The notes under the pieces are model-generated. The model saw only the letters and a program-made list of their open reading frames with translations, had not been told where the DNA came from and made no database searches. A stretch of DNA of 63,892 nucleotides, the filler included, from Reclinomonas americana ATCC 50394 (Eukaryota), in the NCBI GenBank assembly GCA_048213135.1. It is 6 parts of 2 records of this genome, joined end to end, with 100 filler letters (N's around TTAATTAATTAA, not from the genome) between each part and the next. Parts side by side here need not be neighbours in the genome. Positions count along the whole stretch, not along the records: positions 50,512 to 61,995 come from PS015108.1; positions 62,096 to 63,892 come from PS015111.1; 4 more parts are not named here. One strand, written 5' to 3'. Shown piece after piece: positions 50,860 to 62,186 of the stretch. The first letter of the stretch is position 1, and each line of letters begins with the position of its first letter. Position numbers and translations under genes: made by a program.

Positions 50860-52588
50860 GTGCACGTCAGCTCCGCCATTATCGAATCCGACGCCTCCCA
50901 ACGCAAGTTGCTGAAGCACGCCATGGTGGCCTACTCCGAGGCCCTCGAACGCCTGCGCTTCGCCCTGCAAAAGCACCTGCAGGAGTACAGCCACGCCGAC
51001 AGCGAGGAGAGTGAGGGCGACGAGATCCGCACGCTGTGCGACTCGAACCACACCATCTACGTGCTGGCGAAGCAGTTGTGCTTGATTTCATCAGGAGTTG
51101 TGTGTGACAGAGTTGACTGACTTTCGTGGGGGCACAGGATTGATACTGCCCATGTGCTGGTGGAGCGGTGGATTGGGTGCGTGCTCTCATTCACTTGATG
51201 TCGTCGACTGCGTCTCACTCGTTTCCTTACAGCGAGCTCGCCAATGCCGAGAACACGGAGCTCCCGCCCGCCCTGCGCGAGTTCATCGCCGTCGACGGAC
51301 CGCTGGTGGTGCAGGCTGTTGCGTGCATTCTCTCTCTCTCCCTCTGTACGTGGGCGTGGGGTGTTCTCTGCTTCTTTCACTTCAGTTCACTGTCTCACTT
51401 GGCTGTTGCGTGCATGTCTCTCTCTCCCTCTGTACGTGGTCGTGGGGAGTTCTCTGCTCGCTTCTCTCACAATTCAGTTCACTCTCTCACTTCTCACGTC
51501 TCCCTTGTCAGTTCATGTTATTCTCTCCCGTCCTTCCCTCACTTCTCTCCGTCTAAGTCGTGGGTGTTTGTCTGTCTGTTGCACGCTAGCTTTTCCGCCC
51601 GCTCTCACATCTCCTCCTTGACCCCTGCTTTCGTATGCTCGATTTTTCCCGTTTTGGCAGTCTTGTCTCCCGGCTCTCGTGTTCCTGCACTCTTACTTCT
51701 CGCCGCGAGTCTTGTCCCGGTGCTCGCACCCCCTGTCTCTGTTCTTCTCGCTGACTCCCTTTCCCTCTCCCTTTCCGTTTCCCTCACCGTCTCCCTTTTC
51801 CCCCTTCTCCCCCTTCCCCCTTCCCCACNNNNNNNNNNNNNNNNNNNNNNNNNNNNNNNNNNNNNNNNNNNNNNNNNNNNNNNNNNNNNNNNNNNNNNNN
51901 NNNNNNNNNNNNNNNNNNNNNNNNNNNNNNNNNNNNNNNNNNNNNNNNNNNNNNNNNNNNNNNNNNNNNNNNNNNNNNNNNNNNNNNNNNNNNNNNNNNN
52001 NNNNNNNNNNNNNNNNNNNNNNNNNNNNNNNNNNNNNNNNNNNNNNNNNNNNNNNNNNNNNNNNNNNNNNNNNNNNNNNNNNNNNNNNNNNNNNNNNNNN
52101 NNNNNNNNNNNNNNNNNNNNNNNCCCGCCAGCTCCATCATGTCACCGTCGCCACCACCACCTCCGCTGACCTCCCCACTCGCAGCGGCGGCTGCGCCGTC
52201 GGCGGCAGCGGCCGGTGTGGTGGTGGCCATTCCGCAGGCTCCCCCGCCACCACCGCGATCCACCACTCCACGTCAGCATCGCAGCGGCAGTGGCGGCAAC
52301 GGGTCGACGCTGACCGTGTCGCGCGTACCACTGCCGGCGCAGGGCTCCAAGTCGCCGCGTCGTGGCGCGCGCGCCGCACCACCGCCTCCTCTGTACGCGG
52401 AGAATGGTGGCGGCGGCGATTCGTCGGAACCGCGACCGACCACACCCGGCGGCACTCGCCCCATTATTCGCGGGCTCGATTTTGCGGCGCCACGCTGGCA
52501 GCGGGCCTCCGTGCACGACGTGTTTGAGTTGCCGTCGTTTATTGCGTACCACAACCGGGATCGGAAACGGGATTCGTTTGCACCGTGA
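50860..52588 (+). CDS. Hypothetical protein, 3' exons (5' truncated)
   Basis: GC3-rich exons after polypyrimidine/AG acceptors (VHVSSAIIESD..., ELANAENTELP...); Pro-rich last exon ending RDSFAP*. Confidence 0.55.
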
Positions 52589-53225
52589 TGATTATTTTTT
52601 GATATCCACCAACTGTTGGCTTGTTTAATTTTTGCTTTTTGCTTTATGTACAAGAAAATGTTGTATCGCTTCGTCATCACTCGTCGTACTTGTGTCGGGA
52701 GTACTCGATGACCTTGACGAGGACCGAGCCGATGGTTTCCCAGTCGTGGGTGCGGACCTGANNNNNNNNNNNNNNNNNNNNNNNNNNNNNNNNNNNNNNN
52801 NNNNNNNNNNNNNNNNNNNNNNNNNNNNNNNNNNNNNNNNNNNNNNNNNNNNNNNNNNNNNNNNNNNNNNNNNNNNNNNNNNNNNNNNNNNNNNNNNNNN
52901 NNNNNNNNNNNNNNNNNNNNNNNNNNNNNNNNNNNNNNNNNNNNNNNNNNNNNNNNNNNNNNNNNNNNNNNNNNNNNNNNNNNNNNNNNNNNNNNNNNNN
53001 NNNNNNNNNNNNNNNNNNNNNNNNNNNNNNNNNNNNNNNNNNNNNNNNNNNNNNNNNNNNNNNNNNNNNNNNNNNNNNNNNNNNNNNNNNNNNNNNNNNN
53101 NNNNNNNNNNNNNNNNNNNNNNNNNNNNNNNNNNNNNNNNNNNNNNNNNNNNNNNNNNNNNNNCGAGAAGAGCTGCGGAAGAAGAAGAAGGTCAGTGCCA
53201 GCTCTTTGTGTTACTCGCGCACAAT

Positions 53226-53960
53226 CTAACGCACCGAATTGGGCGACAACAGCGCATTCGCGTGCTCGGCGAGCGACGGCGACACGACAGTGTCGCCATT
53301 GGCGCCGGCCACCGTCTGCTGGTGATGCATCTGTAATCTCTGATTGCGCCCCCACAGAAAGAGCTCCCGATCGCCCTCGGTGAACGCGTAGTCGGCCGCG
53401 CGCAGCCGCTCACCGAGTCGAGTGGCGACGTTGAAGCGCACAATGCGTGCCACCACGTCGGCCAGTGGGTGTTTCGGCTGCTGTGCCTTGGTCACCGTGT
53501 TCATGTAGGAGACGAAGGGGCCTGTGGGGAGGGGAAAGGGAAAAGGGGGAAGGGATGAGCGATGAGGGAAAGGGGAAGGGGGAAGGAGGGGAAAGGAGGG
53601 GAAAGAGGGGGAAAGAGGGGAAAGAGGGGAAAGAGGGGAAAGAGGGGAAAGAGGGGAAGGAGGGGAAAGANNNNNNNNNNNNNNNNNNNNNNNNNNNNNN
53701 NNNNNNNNNNNNNNNNNNNNNNNNNNNNNNNNNNNNNNNNNNNNNNNNNNNNNNNNNNNNNNNNNNNNNNNNNNNNNNNNNNNNNNNNNNNNNNNNNNNN
53801 NNNNNNNNNNNNNNNNNNNNNNNNNNNNNNNNNNNNNNNNNNNNNNNNNNNNNNNNNNNNNNNNNNNNNNNNNNNNNNNNNNNNNNNNNNNNNNNNNNNN
53901 NNNNNNNNNNNNNNNNNNNNNNNNNNNNNNNNNNNNNNNACACACACTCAGCTCTTCTAC

Positions 53961-53996
<36 letters not shown>

Positions 53997-55136
53997 CTTC
54001 TCCTCTCCCTCTCCCTCTCTCCCCCTCTCTCTCTTCTCCCTTCTCCTCTCCCTCCCTCTCTTCCCCCCTTCTCCCCTTCTCCTTTCCCTTTCTCTTCTCC
54101 TCTCCCTCATTCACCTTGCATCTGCACGACAAACGGCGCCGGCAACCCCACCAACGTCTCCAAATCCGACAACACCTGACTCTCCAACGCCTCCCGCTGA
54201 TACTTGGCCATCGGCACCTGCACCGCCGCCAGCCTCTCCTCCAACAACACATGCAAAAAGTGCACATGCGGATGCACGCGCAACACTCGCGTCGGCGACC
54301 TAAACACCACCCCATGCCGGCCCGGCTCCGGCTTCCACTCCGGCAACAGCTCCACCTCCTCCAACAACCAGTGCGCCAGCTCCGATCGCCGCAATCCCGG
54401 AAGCATCCACAAATCATGCTCCGCTGGCACTGCTGCTGGTGGCAGCACGTTGTCCTCCGGAACAACTACATCCACCGTCACCGCCACCTGCTTTCTCGCG
54501 GCAAAAGAAGAAGACGAAGGCACCAGTGGAGGAGCGCGTTGTGGAGGCGGAGATGAGCCCACACCAGTGACCATGCCTCGCAGCGCAGGCTTGGCCGTGG
54601 CCGGTGGAGGCGGAGGCTGCACAGTGACCACAGGCGACGATCCATTGCTTCTCTGCGATTGCTGTTGCTGTTGCTGATAAGGATGCATAGGCGAGTACCT
54701 AGGCGACGACCATCCATCGCCCTCAAACACCACTGATGCAGCGAGAATGAGCTTCTCATCAAGTGACACTCGGGACATTATTAAGAGGTTGTTTACCTTC
54801 GCGCTCTCGGTCGCGTGCAACCCGCGCGCGGTCAATGAGCTCCAATCGTGCAGCTGCAACGTCGCGATTTCGAGTGGGCGTGGTTACCGTTATGCCATTG
54901 GCGTTTCCGTAGAGTCGAGTGGAGGTGTTGAAGGATGACAGTGAAGAGGAGGAGGACGCGGAGGAGGATGCGAGTGTTGACAGTCCGCTGCTTCCGATCG
55001 ACGAAGGCAGTGATGCTGTTGGTGTTGTTGTTTGATGAGTGTGTGGTTGTTGCTGTTGTTGTTGTGGAGGTGGTGGAGGTGGAGAGCGACGAGGAGGGAG
55101 AGGTGAGGGAGCAGGACGCGACGGGCTGCTGTACAT
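53226..55136 (-). CDS. Hypothetical multi-exon protein (start uncertain)
   Basis: Long coding-like exon with a GTGA donor at ~54114, and a terminal exon 53521-53226 (GPFVSYMNTV...SPNSVR*). Confidence 0.5.
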
Positions 55137-55779
55137 GATTGGCGTGTGCGTGTGTGTGGCGAGGGGTGTCCTCTGTAGAGTGGGGACAAGAGAGCGTGCG
55201 CGCGTGTGTTGTCTCTCTCTGTGTGCGTGTGTGTGTGAAGAGTGAGAGCGTGGAGCCGTTTCGCGAGCACTTGGGACGTGGTGCGGCGAATTGCATCATG
55301 GCGAAGTTGATTGGTTTCTTTTTTGCTGCTTGTGCGGGCGGTGTGGAGAGAGATGTGTGATTGGTGATTGTGCGTGGGAGGGGAGGGGGATGAGAGAGGG
55401 GCAGGCGGAATACGTTGTGTTCGAATTTGCGATAAGTACCAGGAAAGCACACAAGACTTGTTGGCGATCACTGGTAGATGCTCATTGTTGTGTATGGATC
55501 AGTGAAGTTTCTATTATTATTATTGCATGTTGCAGGCGATGAGAAGGGCAATGGCGGCATTCATGCCACAAGAAACACGAGCATGCATATGCTCGTACTA
55601 GACAGTCTCGGATCACAGACTGGCATCAGGGGCGAAGGAGAGAGCCTGCCAATTGGCGGTCAATATCCGTCGGTCACGCTGCCTGCGTTAACGTTGCAGC
55701 AAGAGGTTCCAAGTGCAGTAAGTGGTCACGGCAGGAAAACGTGTGTACTCTGGAAGCAGTTGGCAGCCAACACGCGTGT

Positions 55780-57728
55780 TCATTCAACGAGGAATACTTC
55801 GTAATCTGCCACTTGGAAGCGCTGCGATCCCATCAGTGTCGTGTTGTCACATGCTGCACCGTCAGTGCTCTGATAGAAGAACGGAAGGTTACTGGTGCTG
55901 CTAATGTTGCTGTTGCAGTCGTTCACCAAGGCCATATCGCTGTTGCCGAAGTATGGTCCACATCCAGAGTTGTGAATGACGGCGTTCTGCTTCTTATCGT
56001 CCTTCAGTGCAAAGCGCCGCGCACTTGCACCATTCCACGATGCCGAAAACAAGAAGCTGGAGCAGGTCGGATCAGAGCCCCACATCCCACTTGAAGTCCA
56101 CGAGACAGGCGTGTACCCCCCACACACTCGTCCCTCCGACGATTTGGCCACAGTCAGCGTCGCTCTGCGCACAACCAACCATCCATAAGCCACTTAGCAT
56201 CTCACTCATCCATTGCTTCAATCACTCACCCTCGATCGTCACACCGCTGATGAAACGTGGCTGCGGTAAACCCATCTCGACTGCCCTTGAACAGCAACGT
56301 CAACTTGGGCAAACTCCCACCTCCTCGTGCCTGCTGCACCCACTGCAGCACCACCCGCGAATCCGCTGCACGTAACAGATCGCTGTCAATCGTCCTCTCC
56401 GCCCGCTCCCGCTCCTCTCGTTCCCTGGCCAGCCGCTCTCGCTCCTCCCGCTCCCTGGCTTGCCGCTCACGCTCCTCCTGTTCCCTCGCCAGCCGCTCGC
56501 GTTCAGCCGCCTCTCGTTCCTGGATCGCTCGTTCACGCAACTCTAGCGGCTCGAGACGGGCGAGCAGCTGTAAATTAACAGGGAACAGAGTGAGGAGAAG
56601 AAGATGCACTCGAAAGCCACCAGCATTCACACAACAGACCTCAGCAACACCTCTCTCGAGGGTTTCACGTGTGCGCTGCTCTGCGGCAAGCTGCTGTCTG
56701 CATTCAACAAGCATGCCCACACAATCGGCAAGGCGCTCGTCTGTTGCTTGTCTCGCCTGTTGCTCAACGGCAAGGCGTTCATTCGCGGCCTGCTGCTCGC
56801 GAGTCAATCTCTCCTCGGCAACCTGTCTCGCTCGCTGCTCATCAGCCAGCTGCTGGCGACATTCGCACAGCTGCTCCCTACTCTCCGCCACCATCTGCGA
56901 CAGCTCTCGCACTCGGCCATGAAGCTATGCACACATCAGCTGCCTGCATGACCAGCAACATCCACTGCCCCTCCTTCCAACACACCTCTCGCAGCGGTCG
57001 CTCCACTCGCAACACATCACACACTCGCTCGTGCTCCTCTCTCTCGCCACCAATACCACGCCATTCACACCCCAGTTCACCGCCACGGCACACTGTGTGC
57101 TGTAGTCGGCACTCCGTTTCTGCAGCAAGAGAACAAATCAGTATCATGATACACACATGCACCTCTCTCCGTCAAAGCACACTCACCAAGATGCCTCTGC
57201 ATATCCGCCAGTGCACACTGCTGCTGACATCCACGCGGACACGCTCGCATGCACCCACTCCAGCTGTGCTCCACCATCTCGCTCAGAGCCAGCCTTGCTC
57301 CACACCCCAGTGGACACTCGCGCAAGCATCCGCTCCACTCATGCTCCGCCGTGCGATCGAGTGTCATCTGCTGTCCACATGCCTCGCATGCATACGGACA
57401 CTGTGTGAGGCCATGTGTGCGGTAGTAGTCGCCCACCGTCTGTCCATCCAAGCACAGTGAGGAGAGAGAGACAGCAAGACAAACAACGCATGACAACACA
57501 AACCATGGGCGCACGACACAGCGGGCATGTAATCTGTGGTGCTCTCTCAGGTCAACATCACTGTCAACTTGTCTGCACTCTTCTTCAACAACCACACGCC
57601 ACCTTCACATTGCGGTACGTCAGCAGGATCTTTGGAGGGAAGTCACGCACAGTGGCCAGCGAAGTGACTCCATCGCCACAGAGATCCGATCCAGCCTCCG
57701 TCACATGCTCACTGTCGCATGAAAGCCC

Positions 57729-57770
<42 letters not shown>

Positions 57771-57814
57771 AGAGAGAGACGACACGACGTACGTTACGTC
57801 TACCTACCCGTACC

Positions 57815-57850
<36 letters not shown>

Positions 57851-58277
57851 CTCACTCACCGACACAAATAATGCAGTCCGCTGGCACACAACACGAAATC
57901 CGGAGCACACAGATCCTGCAACACAGAGAGGAGAAGAAAAGCATCATCAGTGTTCTCTATCTCTCTCTCTCTCTCTCTCTCACTCACGCACTCACCAAGC
58001 ACACTGGACACAGATACTCGTCCGCCAACACTCGCGACTCCTCCGCCACATTCTCCATCCACAAACGCGGTGCTTCCTTCTCTTTCTCTCCCACTTCTGA
58101 TGGAGGGCGACGATGCACAGCGCGCACCACACAAAACACGTGTTGTTCCACACTGTCGCCAGTGAGTCGCATCACTTGCTGCTCGAGAACAATCTGACTG
58201 TCATCCTCAGAAGCAAGAGGAGCAGATCCACTGCCTTCTCCACCACTGCCTCCCATGTGCGCGTCTTCGAAACCCAT
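55780..58277 (-). CDS. TRAF-like RING-ZnF-CC-TLDc protein, copy 4 (complete)
   Basis: MGFEDAH start; all exons present; ends ADYEVFLVE*. Confidence 0.87.
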
Positions 58278-58409
58278 TCACAAAGACGATCTTTACAAAG
58301 GTGTCGTGTCCCGGCAGCCAGGATCATTTGCCTTCGACGCGCGATATCGACGTCGGCATAGGATCAGCTGCGACTCTCCACGGCAGCAACAACAGAACAA
58401 GACGGTGTT

Positions 58410-59223
58410 TCACTCAACGAGGAAGACTTCGAAGTCTGCCACTTGGAACCTGCACGATCCCATCAGTGTTGTGTTGTCACATGCTGCACCATCAGTGCTC
58501 TGATACGTGAACGGAAGATAACTCAAGCCGCTGTTGCTGTCGCAGTTGTCATTCAAGCGGAGATCGGAACCGCCGAAGACAGATCCATATCCAGAGTCGT
58601 GTTGAACGGCATGCTGCTTAAGATCTTCCCTCAGCGCAAAGCGTTGCGCACTTGCCCCACTCCACGATGCCGAAAACAAGAAGCTGGTGCCGGATGGATC
58701 GGCGGCATAAGCGCCTTTTGCGGGAGATTGCCACGAGACCGGCGTGTATCCGCCACACACTCGTCCCGTCGATGACTTGGCCACAGTCAGCGTCGGTCTG
58801 CACACACACAGTCACTCATCCATCAGCCACCAAGTACCGCATGCACTCTCTTTCACTTTCCCTCAACCACTCACCCTCGATCATCACACCGCTGATGGAA
58901 TGCGCGTGCCGAGAATCCATCTCGACTGCCCTTGAACAGCAACGTCAACTTGGGAACACCCTCGCCGCTACATTGCGCTTGCTGCACCCACTGCAGCACC
59001 ACTTGTGCATTCTCCGCACTCAGCAGATCACTGTTGTTGATCTTCGCCTCCGCCCGCTCCCGCTCCTCTCGTTCCCTGGCCAGTCGCTCACGCTCCTCTC
59101 TTTCCCTAGCTTGCCGCTCACGCTCCTTCTGCTCACTCGCTTGCTGCTCTGGTTCCTCCCGCTTCTTGCCAAACAACTTACGATCGATAGCCTCTCGTTT
59201 CCGAACCGCTCGTACATGCCTCT
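58410..59223 (-). CDS. TLDc family copy 5, C-terminal half
   Basis: Coiled coil + TLDc; abuts in frame with the end of the 60068-60655 fragment. Confidence 0.8.
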
Positions 59224-60067
59224 NNNNNNNNNNNNNNNNNNNNNNNNNNNNNNNNNNNNNNNNNNNNNNNNNNNNNNNNNNNNNNNNNNNNNNNNNNNNN
59301 NNNNNNNNNNNNNNNNNNNNNNNNNNNNNNNNNNNNNNNNNNNNNNNNNNNNNNNNNNNNNNNNNNNNNNNNNNNNNNNNNNNNNNNNNNNNNNNNNNNN
59401 NNNNNNNNNNNNNNNNNNNNNNNNNNNNNNNNNNNNNNNNNNNNNNNNNNNNNNNNNNNNNNNNNNNNNNNNNNNNNNNNNNNNNNNNNNNNNNNNNNNN
59501 NNNNNNNNNNNNNNNNNNNNNNNNNNNNNNNNNNNNNNNNNNNNNNNNNNNNNNNNNNNNNNNNNNNNNNNNNNNNNNNNNNNNNNNNNNNNNNNNNNNN
59601 NNNNNNNNNNNNNNNNNNNNNNNNNNNNNNNNNNNNNNNNNNNNNNNNNNNNNNNNNNNNNNNNNNNNNNNNNNNNNNNNNNNNNNNNNNNNNNNNNNNN
59701 NNNNNNNNNNNNNNNNNNNNNNNNNNNNNNNNNNNNNNNNNNNNNNNNNNNNNNNNNNNNNNNNNNNNNNNNNNNNNNNNNNNGCGACCGATGCACCGCG
59801 TGGAGAGATGCAGCTCCATGATGGAAAGCACCTCGAAGAAGTGTCAAAGGCAGAGACGCGTTGCAGTGCGTCGCGAGAACGCGGATCGATGAGATATATA
59901 TCGAAGTTGAAGCTGCCTGTGTATCCAGCGTGTGAGGGCAGCTGAGAAGGAAGGAGATGAAGGGTGCCAATGGTTACCACTGAGAAGCAGACGTGAATGA
60001 GCACGAGGAAGAAGCAAGCTCTGTCCCGACAATCTGACGTGACGGGACATCATGAAACATTGTGTGA

Positions 60068-60655
60068 ATGGGTTTCGAAGACGCACACGTTGGAGGCAGT
60101 GGTGGAGAAGGCAGTGGATCTGCTCTTCTTCCTCCTCCTCCTGCTTCAGAGGATGACAGTCAGATTGCTCTCGAGCACACTGTGTGTCGTGGTGGTGAAC
60201 TGGGGTGTGGATGGCGTGGTGTTGGTGGGGAGAAGGAGGAACACGAGCGAGTGTGTGATGTGTTGCGAGTTGAACGACCACTGCGAGAGGTGAGTTTGGA
60301 ATGATGGGCACTGGTCGATGCATGCAGCTGATGTGGCTCGTGATTTGCGTGCACAGCTGCATGGTCGAGTTCAAGAGCTGTCTCAGATGGTGGCTGAGAG
60401 CAGGGAGCAGGTGGCACAGGAGAGGGAGGCGAGACAAGCGTTCGAGGAACGACTTCAGCTGACAGATGAGCGACTGGCCGCTGAACAACAAGCGAGACAA
60501 GCAACAGATGTACAACTTGCTGCAGAGCGGCGGATGAGAGAAGCTCTCGAGCGAGGTGTTGCTGAGGTGAATGCTGATGGCTTTTGGTTGCATCGCCCTT
60601 CTCGTCACTCGGTGTGTCATTGATGTGCAGCTGCTCGCCCGTCTCGAGCCGCTGG
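60068..60655 (+). CDS. TLDc family copy 5, N-terminal half lacking the RING and most Zn fingers (contig probably inverted)
   Basis: MGFEDAH...SQIALE fused directly to HTVCRGGELG; ends LLARLEPL at the gap. Confidence 0.75.
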
Positions 60656-62186
60656 NNNNNNNNNNNNNNNNNNNNNNNNNNNNNNNNNNNNNNNNNNNNN
60701 NNNNNNNNNNNNNNNNNNNNNNNNNNNNNNNNNNNNNNNNNNNNNNNNNNNNNNNNNNNNNNNNNNNNNNNNNNNNNNNNNNNNNNNNNNNNNNNNNNNN
60801 NNNNNNNNNNNNNNNNNNNNNNNNNNNNNNNNNNNNNNNNNNNNNNNNNNNNNNNNNNNNNNNNNNNNNNNNNNNNNNNNNNNNNNNNNNNNNNNNNNNN
60901 NNNNNNNNNNNNNNNNNNNNNNNNNNNNNNNNNNNNNNNNNNNNNNNNNNNNNNNNNNNNNNNNNNNNNNNNNNNNNNNNNNNNNNNNNNNNNNNNNNNN
61001 NNNNNNNNNNNNNNNNNNNNNNNNNNNNNNNNNNNNNNNNNNNNNNNNNNNNNNNNNNNNNNNNNNNNNNNNNNNNNNNNNNNNNNNNNNNNNNNNNNNN
61101 NNNNNNNNNNNNNNNNNNNNNNNNNNNNNNNNNNNNNNNNNNNNNNNNNNNNNNNNNNNNNNNNNNNNNNNNNNNNNNNNNNNNNNNNNNNNNNNNNNNN
61201 NNNNNNNNNNNNNNNNNNNNNNNNNNNNNNNNNNNNNNNNNNNNNNNNNNNNNNNNNNNNNNNNNNNNNNNNNNNNNNNNNNNNNNNNNNNNNNNNNNNN
61301 NNNNNNNNNNNNNNNNNNNNNNNNNNNNNNNNNNNNNNNNNNNNNNNNNNNNNNNNNNNNNNNNNNNNNNNNNNNNNNNNNNNNNNNNNNNNNNNNNNNN
61401 NNNNNNNNNNNNNNNNNNNNNNNNNNNNNNNNNNNNNNNNNNNNNNGTGTGTGTGTGTGTGTGTGTGTGTCCGCGCGCAACAGCTTTCGTAGCTGTGACC
61501 GGGCGTGTGGCGCCTTGACATGTTGTTGTCACGCGCACTCAGTGAGTCTCAGAGACAAAGAGATGCGTCAGAGAGGAATCCTCTGTGCGTGTGAGCGTGT
61601 GTGTGAGTATGTGTGTTGTGGGACCCGAGAGAATGAACGATGGAGATTCGTGGTTTCCTTTTTTGGTCATCAGAATTGTGCGGCCGTGTTATTTGTTGGT
61701 GTGGCGTCTAGTGTGCGCTGTAGTGAGGAAGGCCGTGATGCAGATGTTGGGGGCGGGGAAGGAGATCGTGGGTGACAGGGATTCAATATATTTGTACATT
61801 TTGTATCTGAAAGAGGATCGACGTCGATCTGCAAAAGGAACTTAGTTGGCGTGTGGTGCTTTGAGACAGGTGTTGCAGGGCCATGTTGTACGCATGTTCA
61901 GAACCGGCAGGCTCCACGCGCATGCTGAGTGCGAGCTGTCCCGACGTCGACGTCGACGTTCAATATCATGATCAGTTGGCGTTTCTGCAACGGTANNNNN
62001 NNNNNNNNNNNNNNNNNNNNNNNNNNNNNNNNNNNNNNNTTAATTAATTAANNNNNNNNNNNNNNNNNNNNNNNNNNNNNNNNNNNNNNNNNNNNGGTTT
62101 TGTTGTGGAAGTGATCGCTCTTCAGCACTTCTCCTGCCTGTTGGTGAATGACAGCTCCTGCAGATGGCTGGCAACGTATTCTCAAC

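Noticed and set aside
30201-58796. Diversity-generating retroelement explanation for TLDc variability
   Set aside because: No reverse transcriptase or template repeat is seen, and the differences include indels and all base types.
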